DNA of 64,000 bases from Acidobacteriota bacterium. GTDB lineage: Bacteria > Acidobacteriota > UBA6911 > RPQK01 > JAJDTT01. Within the stretch, counting starts at the first letter, position 1. Every line of letters starts with the position of its first letter. The stretch covers positions 2,048,001 to 2,112,000 of the forward strand of contig OZ242374.1 of the NCBI GenBank assembly GCA_965209055.1, in the 5' to 3' direction. Position numbers and translations under genes: made by a program. Of this stretch, positions 28,260 to 37,969 are shown piece after piece. Under the pieces are notes generated by a model. The model was not told the origin of the DNA and made no database searches. It was given only the letters and a program-made list of their open reading frames with translations.

Positions 28260-29015
28260 CTATTTCCAGGTGACCTCCATGGCGAAGAAGTGGTCGAACA
28301 CCTCCCGCTGGGGATGGTTGGCCTCGTTGGTCTCGGGACTCCGGATGTAGAAATCCAACTGCTGGAGGGCCGGGTTGACGGCGCCCGCCTCCGAACTCTT
28401 CCCTTCAAGGGGAAAGCGAACCACCAGGTTCCGGTCGCGCATGCCCTGGGTGACCATGAAGTGGATCTGGTAGTCCTGGTAGAGCGGCTCTCCGTTCAGG
28501 GTGGCGGAGCCGATCCCCCAACCGGCCACGTAGAGAATGCTCTTGGGCCAATTGGCGTCGCCGCAACCGGAATCGCCGTGCTCGAACAGCCACGATGCGA
28601 TGCCGCCGTCCTGGCAGGGTGAGAACTCCTTGAACTCTTCCAGGTCGATGACGTAGCGGCCTTCGGGAAGTTGGAGATCGGCCCGGAAGGTTCCCGTGTT
28701 GTTGATCTCGTCCACGTCGAACTCGACGGTGCCCTCCACCGGCCGCAGGTTGGTCCCGTCATTTCCCATGTGGTCCCACGGGCTCTCGTCGTTCAGCGTG
28801 CCGACCTGGTAGACGCGGCTTCCCGAGATGATGAAGCGGCCGTCGTACAGGTCGTGCTGCTCGGGCGCATAGATCCCCATGGCGGTTCCCGGCTGAACGC
28901 GCGGCCCGCGTTCCGGAGGATCGGACTGGGAGGGGCCGTCAGTGACCGGCACATTGCAGGCGGCCAGCCACAGCGAACACAAGGGGACAAGGAATTGTAG
29001 AGCTTGTTTCATCAC
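28260..29015 (-). CDS. Hypothetical lipoprotein
   Basis: Lipobox LAAC, GGAG RBS, strong GC3 bias. Confidence 0.75.
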   Translation of the reverse strand: MMKQALQFLVPLCSLWLAACNVPVTDGPSQSDPPERGPRVQPGTAMGIYAPEQHDLYDGRFIISGSRVYQVGTLNDESPWDHMGNDGTNLRPVEGTVEFDVDEINNTGTFRADLQLPEGRYVIDLEEFKEFSPCQDGGIASWLFEHGDSGCGDANWPKSILYVAGWGIGSATLNGEPLYQDYQIHFMVTQGMRDRNLVVRFPLEGKSSEAGAVNPALQQLDFYIRSPETNEANHPQREVFDHFFAMEVTWK

Positions 29016-29062
29016 GTTTCTCCGAGACAGGCGGTTGCCCCGTAGTGTACCAGCGAGCGACA

Positions 29063-29137
29063 GGAGGGGGGACGGTTAGTCCCCCACTCTTCCGCGTTAC
29101 CACGGAATAGCGTGAAGGGGGGCTTTCCGCCTCCCCC
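29063..29137. repeat. REP doublet (GGAC-GGTTA-GTCC family)
   Basis: GGAGGGGGGACGGTTAGTCCCCC plus degenerate partner GGGGGGCTTTCCGCCTCCCCC. Confidence 0.65.
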
Positions 29138-29250
29138 AACCCCCCGGAATCGGGTTAACAACCCCCACTCCCATGCGGCGGCTGGAAAGTCAACGCTCCT
29201 CGGCGTAACATTTAGGCCAGATCAAATCCACTGGACTCAGGGACTTGAGC

Positions 29251-30687
29251 ATGATCCGGGACGCTCTTCCGCATACCATCTCCCGCCGCAAGCTTCTGGA
29301 AATCAGTGGTCTCGGCATGGGCAGCGTGGCTCTCGCCAGCATGCTGAAAGCCGAAGAGGATCGCCGCGTTTACAACGACCTGAAACCGCGCAAGGGCCAC
29401 TTTCCCGCCCCTGCGAAAGCGGTGATCCAGTTCGTGCAGAACGGCGGTCCCAGCCAGATGGACCTGTTCGATCCCAAGCCCGAGCTGACGAAGTGGTCCG
29501 GCAAGCCCCACCCGGACGGAGTCGAGATCCATCAGCCCAACAATGCCAACGTGTTGCTGGCCAGCCCGTTCCAGTTCGGCAAGCATGGCCAGAGCGGCAT
29601 GGATCTGGGCGAGACCCTTCCCCACCTGGCGACCGTCGCCGACGACATCTGCCTCATTCGCTCCATGCACACCGAGCACAACAACCACTCGGAAGGTCTG
29701 CACATGCTGCTGACCTGCCATATCTTCTCCGGCCGGCCGGTGCTGGGGTCGTGGGTGTCGTATGCGTTGGGAACGGAGAACCAGAATCTCCCCGCCTTCG
29801 TGGTGTTGCGCGATCCGGAGGGGTACTCGACCCTGGGCAAGCAGCTCTGGACCAGCGGGTTCCTGTCAGCCCTCCACCAGGGCGTGGAGTTCAGCTCCAC
29901 CGGGACCCCGGTCCGGCACCTGCATCCCCGGGTGCCGCCGCCGCCCGGAGCCCAGCGGGCGGAACTGGACACGCTGGCCAAGCTGAACCGGTTGCATCTG
30001 GGCCGCCACCCGGGCGACTCGGAGCTGGAAGCACGCATCCAGAACTACGAGTTGGCCGCGCGCATGCAACTGGCGGCGACGGACGTCCTGGACGTCTCCA
30101 AGGAATCGGAGGCGACGAAGAAGCTCTACGGGATGGACAACCCCGTCTCCGCCGGCTACGGCCTGCGCTGCCTGATGGCCCGCCGCATGATCGAGGCCGG
30201 CGTCCGGTTCGTCCAAATCCATCCGGGACCAGGACAGCCCTGGGACAATCACGCCAAGCTCAGGGAGAAACTGAGCAAGATCTGCGCCAAGACCGACCAG
30301 CCGGTGGCCGGATTGCTGAAGGACCTGAAGAGCCGCGGGCTGCTGGAGAGCACGGTCCTGCTGTGGGCGGGCGAATTCGGACGCCTTCCCACCACCCAGA
30401 ACTCCGACGGCCGGGATCACAACCGGAACGCGTTCAGCCTCTGGCTGGCCGGCGGCGGCTTCAAGAAGGGCCTGATCTACGGAGCGACCGACGAGTTCGG
30501 CTACCGGTCCACGGTGAACCGTGTCGGCGTCGCCGACTTGCAGGCCACGCTGCTGCAGCAGCTCGGAATCGATCACAAACGGCTGACCGTCCTCCACGAG
30601 GGCCGGGCGGAAACCCCCACCAACGCCAGCATCACGGGCGCGCGCATCGTCTCGGACATCCTCGAGAATCCTCCGCGGGAGGCCTGA
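29251..30687 (+). CDS. DUF1501 protein
   Basis: SRRKLL, GGPSQMDLFDPKP, GEFGRLP, GRDHN. Confidence 0.92.
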   Translation: MIRDALPHTISRRKLLEISGLGMGSVALASMLKAEEDRRVYNDLKPRKGHFPAPAKAVIQFVQNGGPSQMDLFDPKPELTKWSGKPHPDGVEIHQPNNANVLLASPFQFGKHGQSGMDLGETLPHLATVADDICLIRSMHTEHNNHSEGLHMLLTCHIFSGRPVLGSWVSYALGTENQNLPAFVVLRDPEGYSTLGKQLWTSGFLSALHQGVEFSSTGTPVRHLHPRVPPPPGAQRAELDTLAKLNRLHLGRHPGDSELEARIQNYELAARMQLAATDVLDVSKESEATKKLYGMDNPVSAGYGLRCLMARRMIEAGVRFVQIHPGPGQPWDNHAKLREKLSKICAKTDQPVAGLLKDLKSRGLLESTVLLWAGEFGRLPTTQNSDGRDHNRNAFSLWLAGGGFKKGLIYGATDEFGYRSTVNRVGVADLQATLLQQLGIDHKRLTVLHEGRAETPTNASITGARIVSDILENPPREA

Positions 30688-30689
30688 CC

Positions 30690-33644
30690 GTGCGGCTTTC
30701 ACGTCTCGTGGCTCCGCTTGCAATCTTGGGTGCGCTGTCGACGGCGGCCGCCTTCGGCCAGCCCAGCTTCGAGCGGGACGTGGAGCCCATCTTCAAGACC
30801 AATTGCTACAGTTGCCATGGCGGCACCGCCATGGTCGGGCTGGATCTGCGCACGGCCACCTCCGTTCTGCGCGGCAGCCACGAGGGGCCGGTGGTGGCGA
30901 AGCACGCGCCCGCAGACAGTCTGCTCTACCGGAAGGTCTCCCAGCGGTTGATGCCGCCCCCTGCGTTCAACCTGAAGCTCACCGACTCGGAGATCGACAC
31001 CGTCCGGCGCTGGATCGAGGCGGGCGCCCCCTCGGATGAGGAAGCGATTATCGCCGCCAAAAGGGAAGAGGAGACCGCGCGGTTCCGGGATCTGGCGCTT
31101 CCCATCTTCGAGGACCGCTGCTTCGCCTGTCACGCCTCGGACCAGCCCATGGGGGGGTTGGACCTGCGCACGGTGCAGTCGGTGTTGAAGGGAAGCGAAG
31201 GCGGTCCCGTGATCTCAGATCTCGGGTCCATCAAGAGCATCCTGATCCGAAAGTTGACCTCTGGCGAGATGCCGCCCCCGGGCATGGGCCGGCCGCTCGG
31301 CGACGGCGAGATCCGGACGCTCGCCCGCTGGATCGACACTTCGGACTTCCGGCTCCTGCGGCCTCACGCCGAGCGCACCACCTTCAACCAGGCCGAAGCG
31401 CCGCCGGTGACCGACGAGGACCGCCAGTTCTGGTCCTTCCGGAAGCCTGAGGCCGCACCCGTCCCGAAGGTGGAGAATCGAGAGCGGATCCGCACGCCGA
31501 TTGACGCCTTCCTGCTGGCAAGGCTCGAATCCGAAGGGCTCGGTTTCTCGCCCGAGGCCTCCAAGCTCACGTTGCTGCGCCGCGCCTGGCTGGACCTGAT
31601 CGGAGTCCCTCCTTCTCCGAAGGATATCCGGGCCTACCTCGACGACAAGAGGCCCGACGCATACGAGCGGCTCATCGACACGCTGCTGGAGTCGAAGCAC
31701 TACGGTGAGCGTTGGGGCCGCCATTGGCTGGATGCGGCCGGCTACAGCGACGTCTCCGGATTCGACTCCGCCGTCGACAACGTGATCGTCGTCGACGGGA
31801 TGTGGCGCTACCGGGACTGGGTGATCCGGGCTTTCAACCAGGACATGCCCTACGATCAATTCCTGGTGGAGCAATTGGCCGGTGACGAACTCGTGGACTG
31901 GCGCTCGGCCGAGACCTACACCCCGGAAATGCTGGACAAGCTCGTCGCCACCGGCTATCTCCGATCCGTCTTCGACCGCACCGACCAGGACGTGGTGAAC
32001 CTGGTGGGAGAGCGGTACGACGTGCTCTTCCATCTGATGGAGAAGGTCTCCACCGGTTTGATGGGGCTGACCATGGGCTGTGCCCGCTGCCACAGCCACA
32101 AGTACGATCCCATCCCGCAGCGGGACTACTACCGCCTGCTGTCGGTCTTTGCCACCGGCTACAACCCGGTGCGCTGGCTGCAGCCCAAGAACCATCACCT
32201 GCCCAGCGTCTCCAAACGGGAACAGGAGGCGATCGAGCGCCACAACGCGGAGATCGACAAGCCCGCGGCCAAGCTCAAGGAGCGGCTCGAGGCCATCCAC
32301 CGTCCCTACCGCGACAAACTGCTGGACGGCAAGCTAGAGGAGCTGCCGGAAAACATCCGCCCGGAGACGAAGGAGGCTCTGGCGACGCCCGAAGCCGACC
32401 GGAACGACGTGCAGAAGTTCCTCGCCTCCAAATTCGAGGATCAACTGGCCGTCTCCCCGGAGGACGTGGTCAAGGCCCTGAACGAGGAGCATCTCGCGGC
32501 CCACAAGAAGTTGACCGAACGGCTCCGGATCCTGGACGGCTATCGCCGTTCGTGGGACAAGATCCAGGCCCTGTGGGACTTGGCGGCGCCGCCCAAGATC
32601 CGTCTGCTGCAGCGCGGCGAGGTCGAGCGCCCGGGGCCGCCGGTCCGGCCGGGCTTCCTGGAGGTGGTCAGCCGGCCCGGAGGGACCGATGCGGTCCGGC
32701 CGCCGGAGACGCAGGGTGAGACCAGCGGCCACCGTCTGGCCTTCGCCCATTGGCTGACCCGGACCGACCACCCTCTTACCGCCCGGGTGTTCGTGAACCA
32801 AGTCTGGCAGCACCACTTCGGGCGAGGCATCGTCGAGACTCAGGACAACTTCGGCAATCAGGGCAAGCCCCCGTCCCATCCCGAGCTGCTGGATTGGCTG
32901 GCGGTGGAATTCGTGCGCCAGGGCTGGAGCGTCAAGAAGCTCCACAAGCTGATCATGACCTCCACGGCCTACCGCCAGTCGTCCGAGGGACCTGCCGCCG
33001 GCTCCTTCGCGCTCCGGGCGGATCCGGAAAACCGGCTCTTGTGGCGCATGAACCTGCGCCGGTTGGAAGCGGAAATCCTGCGTGATTCCATCATGGCCGC
33101 CAGCGGCAAGCTGGACTGGACCATGGGAGGCCCTGCCGTTGAGGGCCCGCTGATGGCCGACGGCCTGAAGACGCTGAACCCGCACACCGATTCGCCGGGT
33201 GAGATTGCCGACGCCCAGGCCACGGGAGTCTGGCGGCGCAGCGTCTACCTGCTGGCGCGGCGCTACTTCCCGTTGGGATTCCTGGAGACCTTCGACGCTC
33301 CCATCATGCAGACCAACTGCAGCCGGCGGTTGAACTCGGTCTCGCCACTCCAGTCACTGACGCTCATGAACGACGATTTCGTCGTGGAGAACGCCCAGGC
33401 CTTCGCCCAGCGGGTCGCCGGCCTGTCCAACGGCGATCCCAAGGACGCGATCGAGAAAGCCTACCTGCTTGCTCTCTCCCGTCCCCCCTCACGCGAGGAA
33501 GCAGAGATCGCCGGAGCGCACCTGGCTCGCCAGAAAGATCTCTATCTCAAGGCCAACGCCGAAGAGGCACAGGCCGAGAAGAAAGCCCTGGAGAGCCTCT
33601 GCCACCTGCTGTTCCTCACCAACGAGTTCCTCTACATCGGCTAG
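30690..33644 (+). CDS. PSD1/planctomycete cytochrome c protein with two N-terminal cytochrome domains
   Basis: GTG start after the DUF1501 stop, signal peptide, CYSCH, CFACH, CARCH, TNEFLYI. Confidence 0.9.
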   Translation: MRLSRLVAPLAILGALSTAAAFGQPSFERDVEPIFKTNCYSCHGGTAMVGLDLRTATSVLRGSHEGPVVAKHAPADSLLYRKVSQRLMPPPAFNLKLTDSEIDTVRRWIEAGAPSDEEAIIAAKREEETARFRDLALPIFEDRCFACHASDQPMGGLDLRTVQSVLKGSEGGPVISDLGSIKSILIRKLTSGEMPPPGMGRPLGDGEIRTLARWIDTSDFRLLRPHAERTTFNQAEAPPVTDEDRQFWSFRKPEAAPVPKVENRERIRTPIDAFLLARLESEGLGFSPEASKLTLLRRAWLDLIGVPPSPKDIRAYLDDKRPDAYERLIDTLLESKHYGERWGRHWLDAAGYSDVSGFDSAVDNVIVVDGMWRYRDWVIRAFNQDMPYDQFLVEQLAGDELVDWRSAETYTPEMLDKLVATGYLRSVFDRTDQDVVNLVGERYDVLFHLMEKVSTGLMGLTMGCARCHSHKYDPIPQRDYYRLLSVFATGYNPVRWLQPKNHHLPSVSKREQEAIERHNAEIDKPAAKLKERLEAIHRPYRDKLLDGKLEELPENIRPETKEALATPEADRNDVQKFLASKFEDQLAVSPEDVVKALNEEHLAAHKKLTERLRILDGYRRSWDKIQALWDLAAPPKIRLLQRGEVERPGPPVRPGFLEVVSRPGGTDAVRPPETQGETSGHRLAFAHWLTRTDHPLTARVFVNQVWQHHFGRGIVETQDNFGNQGKPPSHPELLDWLAVEFVRQGWSVKKLHKLIMTSTAYRQSSEGPAAGSFALRADPENRLLWRMNLRRLEAEILRDSIMAASGKLDWTMGGPAVEGPLMADGLKTLNPHTDSPGEIADAQATGVWRRSVYLLARRYFPLGFLETFDAPIMQTNCSRRLNSVSPLQSLTLMNDDFVVENAQAFAQRVAGLSNGDPKDAIEKAYLLALSRPPSREEAEIAGAHLARQKDLYLKANAEEAQAEKKALESLCHLLFLTNEFLYIG

Positions 33645-33756
33645 GAGGGGGGACATTCCTGTCCCCCGCAACTCCTCAAGGAGCGGCGGTTTCCCAACCG
33701 CCGATTCTTGGAACGTCGGGAAACGCGGCGCACAGGCGATTGGAGATCGCCCTTCC
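33644..33756. repeat. Cluster of three REP palindromes
   Basis: GGAGGGGGGACATTCCTGTCCCCC, GGAGCGGCGGTTTCCCAACCGCCG, inverted GGAAGGGCGATCTCCAATCGCC. Confidence 0.75.
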
Positions 33757-33785
33757 TCAGCCTTGCTATATTGACCTCAAACCAA

Positions 33786-34745
33786 ATGACCGAAAATCAA
33801 CCAGAATCCGAAGACACGGGCATCCTCTCCCGTGCCCAGGGATGCCTGCTGGGCCAGCTCGCCGGAGACGCCCTCGGCAGCCTGGTGGAATTCCAGACTC
33901 CGCAAGAAATTCGCATGCAATACCCTGGCGGCGTCCGGGACCTGGCCGACGGCGGGACCTGGAACACCATCGCCGGCCAACCCACCGACGATTCCGAGAT
34001 GGCTCTGTTGCTGGCCCGGATGCTGGCGAGACAGGGAAGCTACGATCCCGAGCAAGCCCGGCAGGCTTACGTCTTCTGGTTGGAATCCGGACCCTTCGAC
34101 TGCGGGGGGACCATCTACCGCGGTCTCCGGGGCCGGACCAATCCGGACAGCCAGGCCAACGGCGCCCTGATGCGGATCAGCCCTCTGGGAATCTTCGGAG
34201 CTCGCCACGATCTGCGGCACGTGGCCGATTGGGCCCGCCAGGACGCGGCGCTCACTCACCCGCACCCGGTCTGCCTGCAGGCCAACACCCTCTTCGCCAT
34301 GGCGGTCTCCCAAGGCATCCGCACCGGATGCGACCCAAACGACCTCTATCGGCTCGTCGCCGATTGGGCCAAAGAACTTGGGGTGGAGGACAGCCTTATC
34401 GACACGGTCCACCGCGCCGCCGAGTCGCCTCCTTCCGACTACGTCTCCCTCCAGGGCTGGGTATTGAAGGCGTTCCAAAACGCTCTCTGGCAGCTCACTC
34501 ACGCGTCCAATCTGGAAGAGGCGGTGGTGGACACGGTCATGCACGGCGGAGACACCGACACCAACGCAGCCATCTGCGGCGCGCTCCTGGGCGCCGTCTA
34601 CGGCCGGGACGCGATCCCGGACCAATGGGCCGGCTGCCTGCTCAACTGCCGGCCCGAGGCCGGGCGGCCCAACGTCTACCGGCCTCGCCCGGAGTGCTTC
34701 TGGCCGGTTGACGCCCTGGACTTGGCCGAGCGCCTGCTCTGCTGA
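33786..34745 (+). CDS. ADP-ribosylglycohydrolase (DraG/ARH family)
   Basis: GDALG, TDDSEM, NGALMR, GGDTDTNAAICG. Confidence 0.93.
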   Translation: MTENQPESEDTGILSRAQGCLLGQLAGDALGSLVEFQTPQEIRMQYPGGVRDLADGGTWNTIAGQPTDDSEMALLLARMLARQGSYDPEQARQAYVFWLESGPFDCGGTIYRGLRGRTNPDSQANGALMRISPLGIFGARHDLRHVADWARQDAALTHPHPVCLQANTLFAMAVSQGIRTGCDPNDLYRLVADWAKELGVEDSLIDTVHRAAESPPSDYVSLQGWVLKAFQNALWQLTHASNLEEAVVDTVMHGGDTDTNAAICGALLGAVYGRDAIPDQWAGCLLNCRPEAGRPNVYRPRPECFWPVDALDLAERLLC

Positions 34746-34751
34746 CCCCCG

Positions 34752-35171
34752 TCACAGTGTTTCCCAGGGATTGACCACGTCGAGATCCAAGCTGCCGAAG
34801 TCGGCGGCGTTCCTGGTCGCAAGCACCAGGTCGTGGGCCTTGGCGGTTCCGGCAATGAGTGCATCTCCCAGATCCAACACGCGCCCGGCGCGATGCGCCT
34901 GCGCGCGAAAATGGGCAGCCCACTCTGCGTCCATTCTCTCCGGAGGAAGGACGCGGTCCTCATATCCGGTGATGAATTTCGACAGCGTCGCACGCAAGCG
35001 GTCGCGGCGCTGTCCCAGCGGCAGCAGTCGCAAGCTGAATTCCAACTCATGCAACACGATGGTCGGAACCCACAGATCGTGGTGTTCGGACAGGAAAGCG
35101 ACAACCGGTGGCGCCGGAACATTCCTTGTCAAATCCGAGATGACATTGGTGTCCAAGAGAAAACCGTTCAA
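34752..35171 (-). CDS. vapC: VapC PIN toxin
   Basis: FLLDTNVIS, DALIAGTA, ATRN..DF, NPW. Confidence 0.92.
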   Translation of the reverse strand: MNGFLLDTNVISDLTRNVPAPPVVAFLSEHHDLWVPTIVLHELEFSLRLLPLGQRRDRLRATLSKFITGYEDRVLPPERMDAEWAAHFRAQAHRAGRVLDLGDALIAGTAKAHDLVLATRNAADFGSLDLDVVNPWETL

Positions 35172-35452
35172 TCCGCATCTCCGGAGAAGAACGGGATCTC
35201 CCGCCGCGACCGCCTGTCACCTGGAATCTCAAGGTTCACGCCGCGCGGCATGTTTTGGACCAGCCACTGTCCCAAGGGCGTGCGGACCGGCGCATGAGAC
35301 TGCCACACCCGCTCAGGTACAACCACGAAGGGCTTCCGCACACCGATTCGCTGGGGTCCCTTCTCTTCGGCGAGCCGGAGAATTTCAGACAGTCGGGCTT
35401 TCGCCTCGGCAACCGTCCAGGTTTGGTCGCCCTTGTCAGTTTGGGAAGTCAT
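35168..35452 (-). CDS. Phd/YefM-like antitoxin
   Basis: WTVAEAKARLSEILRLAEEKGPQRI; ATGA overlap with vapC. Confidence 0.88.
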   Translation of the reverse strand: MTSQTDKGDQTWTVAEAKARLSEILRLAEEKGPQRIGVRKPFVVVPERVWQSHAPVRTPLGQWLVQNMPRGVNLEIPGDRRSRREIPFFSGDAD

Positions 35453-35583
35453 AAAAGGCGACTCGGTGAGAAATGCAGGTTGTAACCTTTCCACACGAGC
35501 CAACGTAGAATCTCACATTTTTCCCACAGACTTTTCCACAGGCGTCGAAAAGATATCTCTTGGTGCCAAGCGTCGCGGCTTTT

Positions 35584-35982
35584 CTAACGGCGTGGGGTGA
35601 GGATCTCGCAGGCAGGACCCGTGGCCCGGTCGAGCCTCCGGTCAAGTGTCGCCAGCGAACACCCCAACGCTTCGGCCAGGGCCACGTACCACGCCTCGTA
35701 GCTGGTCAAGTTGGTCCGAAGTGCCCATACCCGGTCAGCGAATGGCGCGAACGGGAACAGGTCCAGATCGAGCCGAAGCAAATCGCGCTGTGCACTGTTG
35801 GCCTCGAGCCTCGATATTTCCCCGATCCCTTCCAACCGGCGCAAGATGTTGCTCACCTCCGCCAGGAGCAATTCCGGACCGGCCAGAGAGTCCTGGACCA
35901 TCACCGACTCCGCCCACACCCCTTCGTGTCCCGAGTCGACCAGGGCCGCCACCAGAAAGGACGCGTCGACGACGATCGTCAC
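35584..35982 (-). CDS. vapC: VapC PIN toxin
   Basis: IVVDAS, LTSYEAWYVALAE, TLDRRL. Confidence 0.9.
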   Translation of the reverse strand: MTIVVDASFLVAALVDSGHEGVWAESVMVQDSLAGPELLLAEVSNILRRLEGIGEISRLEANSAQRDLLRLDLDLFPFAPFADRVWALRTNLTSYEAWYVALAEALGCSLATLDRRLDRATGPACEILTPRR

Positions 35983-36215
35983 GTTCGGTCCGCATCCCGG
36001 GCCTGCAAAATGCTGGAGGGTCGTACGCGGGTGCCCGCCGCTTCCTTCCGCTCACGAACCCGTCGAAGCCATGTGTCGAGGGCGGGCCGGGATGCGATCC
36101 GTTCCAACTCCTGACGCAGAAATTCCTGCATGGATTGGCGCCGCAACGCAGCGCGCGCCGCCAGTTCGTCCCGCACCCTTTCGGGGACACGTCTGATGGT
36201 GATCTGTACTGGCGT
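35979..36215 (-). CDS. FitA-like RHH antitoxin, ACG at the expected start
   Basis: (T)PVQITIRRVPERVRDELAARAA...SMQEFLR; inverted repeat TGCTTTCAT/ATGAAAGCA over the promoter. Confidence 0.78.
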   Translation of the reverse strand, partial: TPVQITIRRVPERVRDELAARAALRRQSMQEFLRQELERIASRPALDTWLRRVRERKEAAGTRVRPSSILQARDADRT

Positions 36216-36637
36216 GCTTTCATTATGACCGCATAGACATGGCTATGAAAGCACGATGCAGTTCAATCAAGGATTGTCGGCGTCACGCGTGCTCGGAGAC
36301 TTTGGCTCTTGTTGGTGTTTTTCGACGCACAAATTGGGGGGAATAATTGTCTTCTGCGACGATTACAGGCTGTAATCTCTGCGGAAGCTGCGGACAATGT
36401 ACATCTGCGGCCATCGCGCCACCCGGTGAGACATGCGGGTTAGAATACGAACGTGGACATGGCGAAAGCCTCCGTCACCGTCGAAGGAAGCAGGATCCGG
36501 GTGGTTCGGGGTCGTGGATCCATGATTCCCTTGACCGGAAGGGAGTGTCCGAAAGTCGCGTCACCCCTCATTTCCCCCCACGCTTTGAAATACATGGGCG
36601 TCTCGGCTCCCAAGAAAAACACAGGAGGCGGGAGAAG

Positions 36638-37692
36638 TTGAAGGTTCATACCGCAGGCGTGTCCTTCTCGAAAGACCACCTGGATGTCTATTGGGCGCCG
36701 GAGGGGAGGTCGGGACGGTTTTCCAACGACGCGGCCGGGTTCGATGCTCTGGTCGGAGAGATCGACCGGCGGGTCGCCTGCGTGGCGTATGTCCCCGTCA
36801 AATCGTTTCATCTCGAGTTTGAAGCAGCCTTGCAGGGCACGGGAGTGCCGTTGACGCGGTTGCACCTGCCAAAGTCGCGGAGCATTGTGCAAGCTCTGGG
36901 CCGGTGGGCCGGTGGGCCGGAACGGGCACGGCCGGTGCACGAGGTCTGGCCAAGATGGCCAAGGTCTACTGGATGAAGTCGCAAAACCTTAAGGAGCTGC
37001 AGGAGGCGCGGGACTTGCTTGTTGAGGAGCGAGCGCGGCACCGGGTCCGCGGCTGGGACTTGGACCATGAATTGCTCAATCGGCAGAACGAGGAGATGCT
37101 GCAGCAGATCGGGCGGCATCTCCCCGCCGTCGAAAAGAGGATTCACCAAGTTGTGGAAGAGGATGGCACCCTGGCTCGGCGGGTCGAGATTCTGACCTCC
37201 ATTCCAGGCGTCTCGATCCTCACCGCGGCGGGCCTGATCGCCGGGCTGCCGGAACTCGGGACGCTGGATTCCAAAGCGGTGGTCAGTCTGGCGGGAATGG
37301 CTCCCGTCAAGCAGCGGTCAACCCCTCGGCGGCGGCGACGGTCCGGAAGACTGAGGGTCCGACGACTCTTGTATCTGTCGGCACTCTCCCTGATCCGCCG
37401 TAATCCCGATATGCGCCGGATGTACGGAGTTTTTCGCGCCCGGGGCAAGCCGCCGCGGGTTGCCCTTGGCGCCGTGCTGCGCAAACTCGTCATCCTGGCC
37501 AACGTGCTCCTCCGCAAGGACTGCCTCTGGTTGCCCTCATCCGACTGGGAGGCGGCCAGCAGACGGGAGCCGTACGATGAGACGAGGGACGAGAGTACGG
37601 AATGGGATCTTGTCCGGATCTCCCAGGAGGTGGACAAGGTCCTACAGGAAAATTATGGGGAGCTCTGGATCAGGCCCCATCCTGAATCGTAG
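36638..37692 (+). pseudogene. IS110-family transposase derivative, DEDD-less and frameshifted
   Basis: AGGAGG plus TTG; GVSFSKDHLDV, SIPGVS, LAGMAP, GKPPRVALGAVLRKL; frameshift at (TGGGCCGG)3, 36897-36920. Confidence 0.85.
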
Positions 37693-37770
37693 ACCAGTTT
37701 CTTCTCCAGGTCCCTGATGAACCTCGCCGAATTTCGCGCGATGTTTTCGGGGCCGTGATCGAAGTGGAAG
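37690..37770 (-). pseudogene. 81-bp duplicate of the 3' end of the epimerase gene (39168-39248)
   Basis: FHFDHGPENIARNSARFIRDLEKKLV vs FHFEHGPENIARDSARFIRDLEEDLV. Confidence 0.85.
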
Positions 37771-37969
37771 GTGTCGAAGGCAGGAGGGGACAGTCTTGTT
37801 CCCCAGTCCAGCCGACCTGATCGCTCACATTTTTCCCACAGACTTTTCCACAAGAGGTGTCCATGTCGTGCGTGCCTGGAGACTGCGGCGATTGTCGGCA
37901 GTATTCGACGCACAAATGCGGCGATAAATTGCCTCCTGCGGCGATTATGTCCTACAATCTCCGCGAATT

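Noticed and set aside
29112-30689. N-terminal 526 aa of the 1510-aa ORF
   Set aside because: Off-frame shadow of the DUF1501 gene; the real PSD1 gene starts at GTG 30690 with a signal peptide
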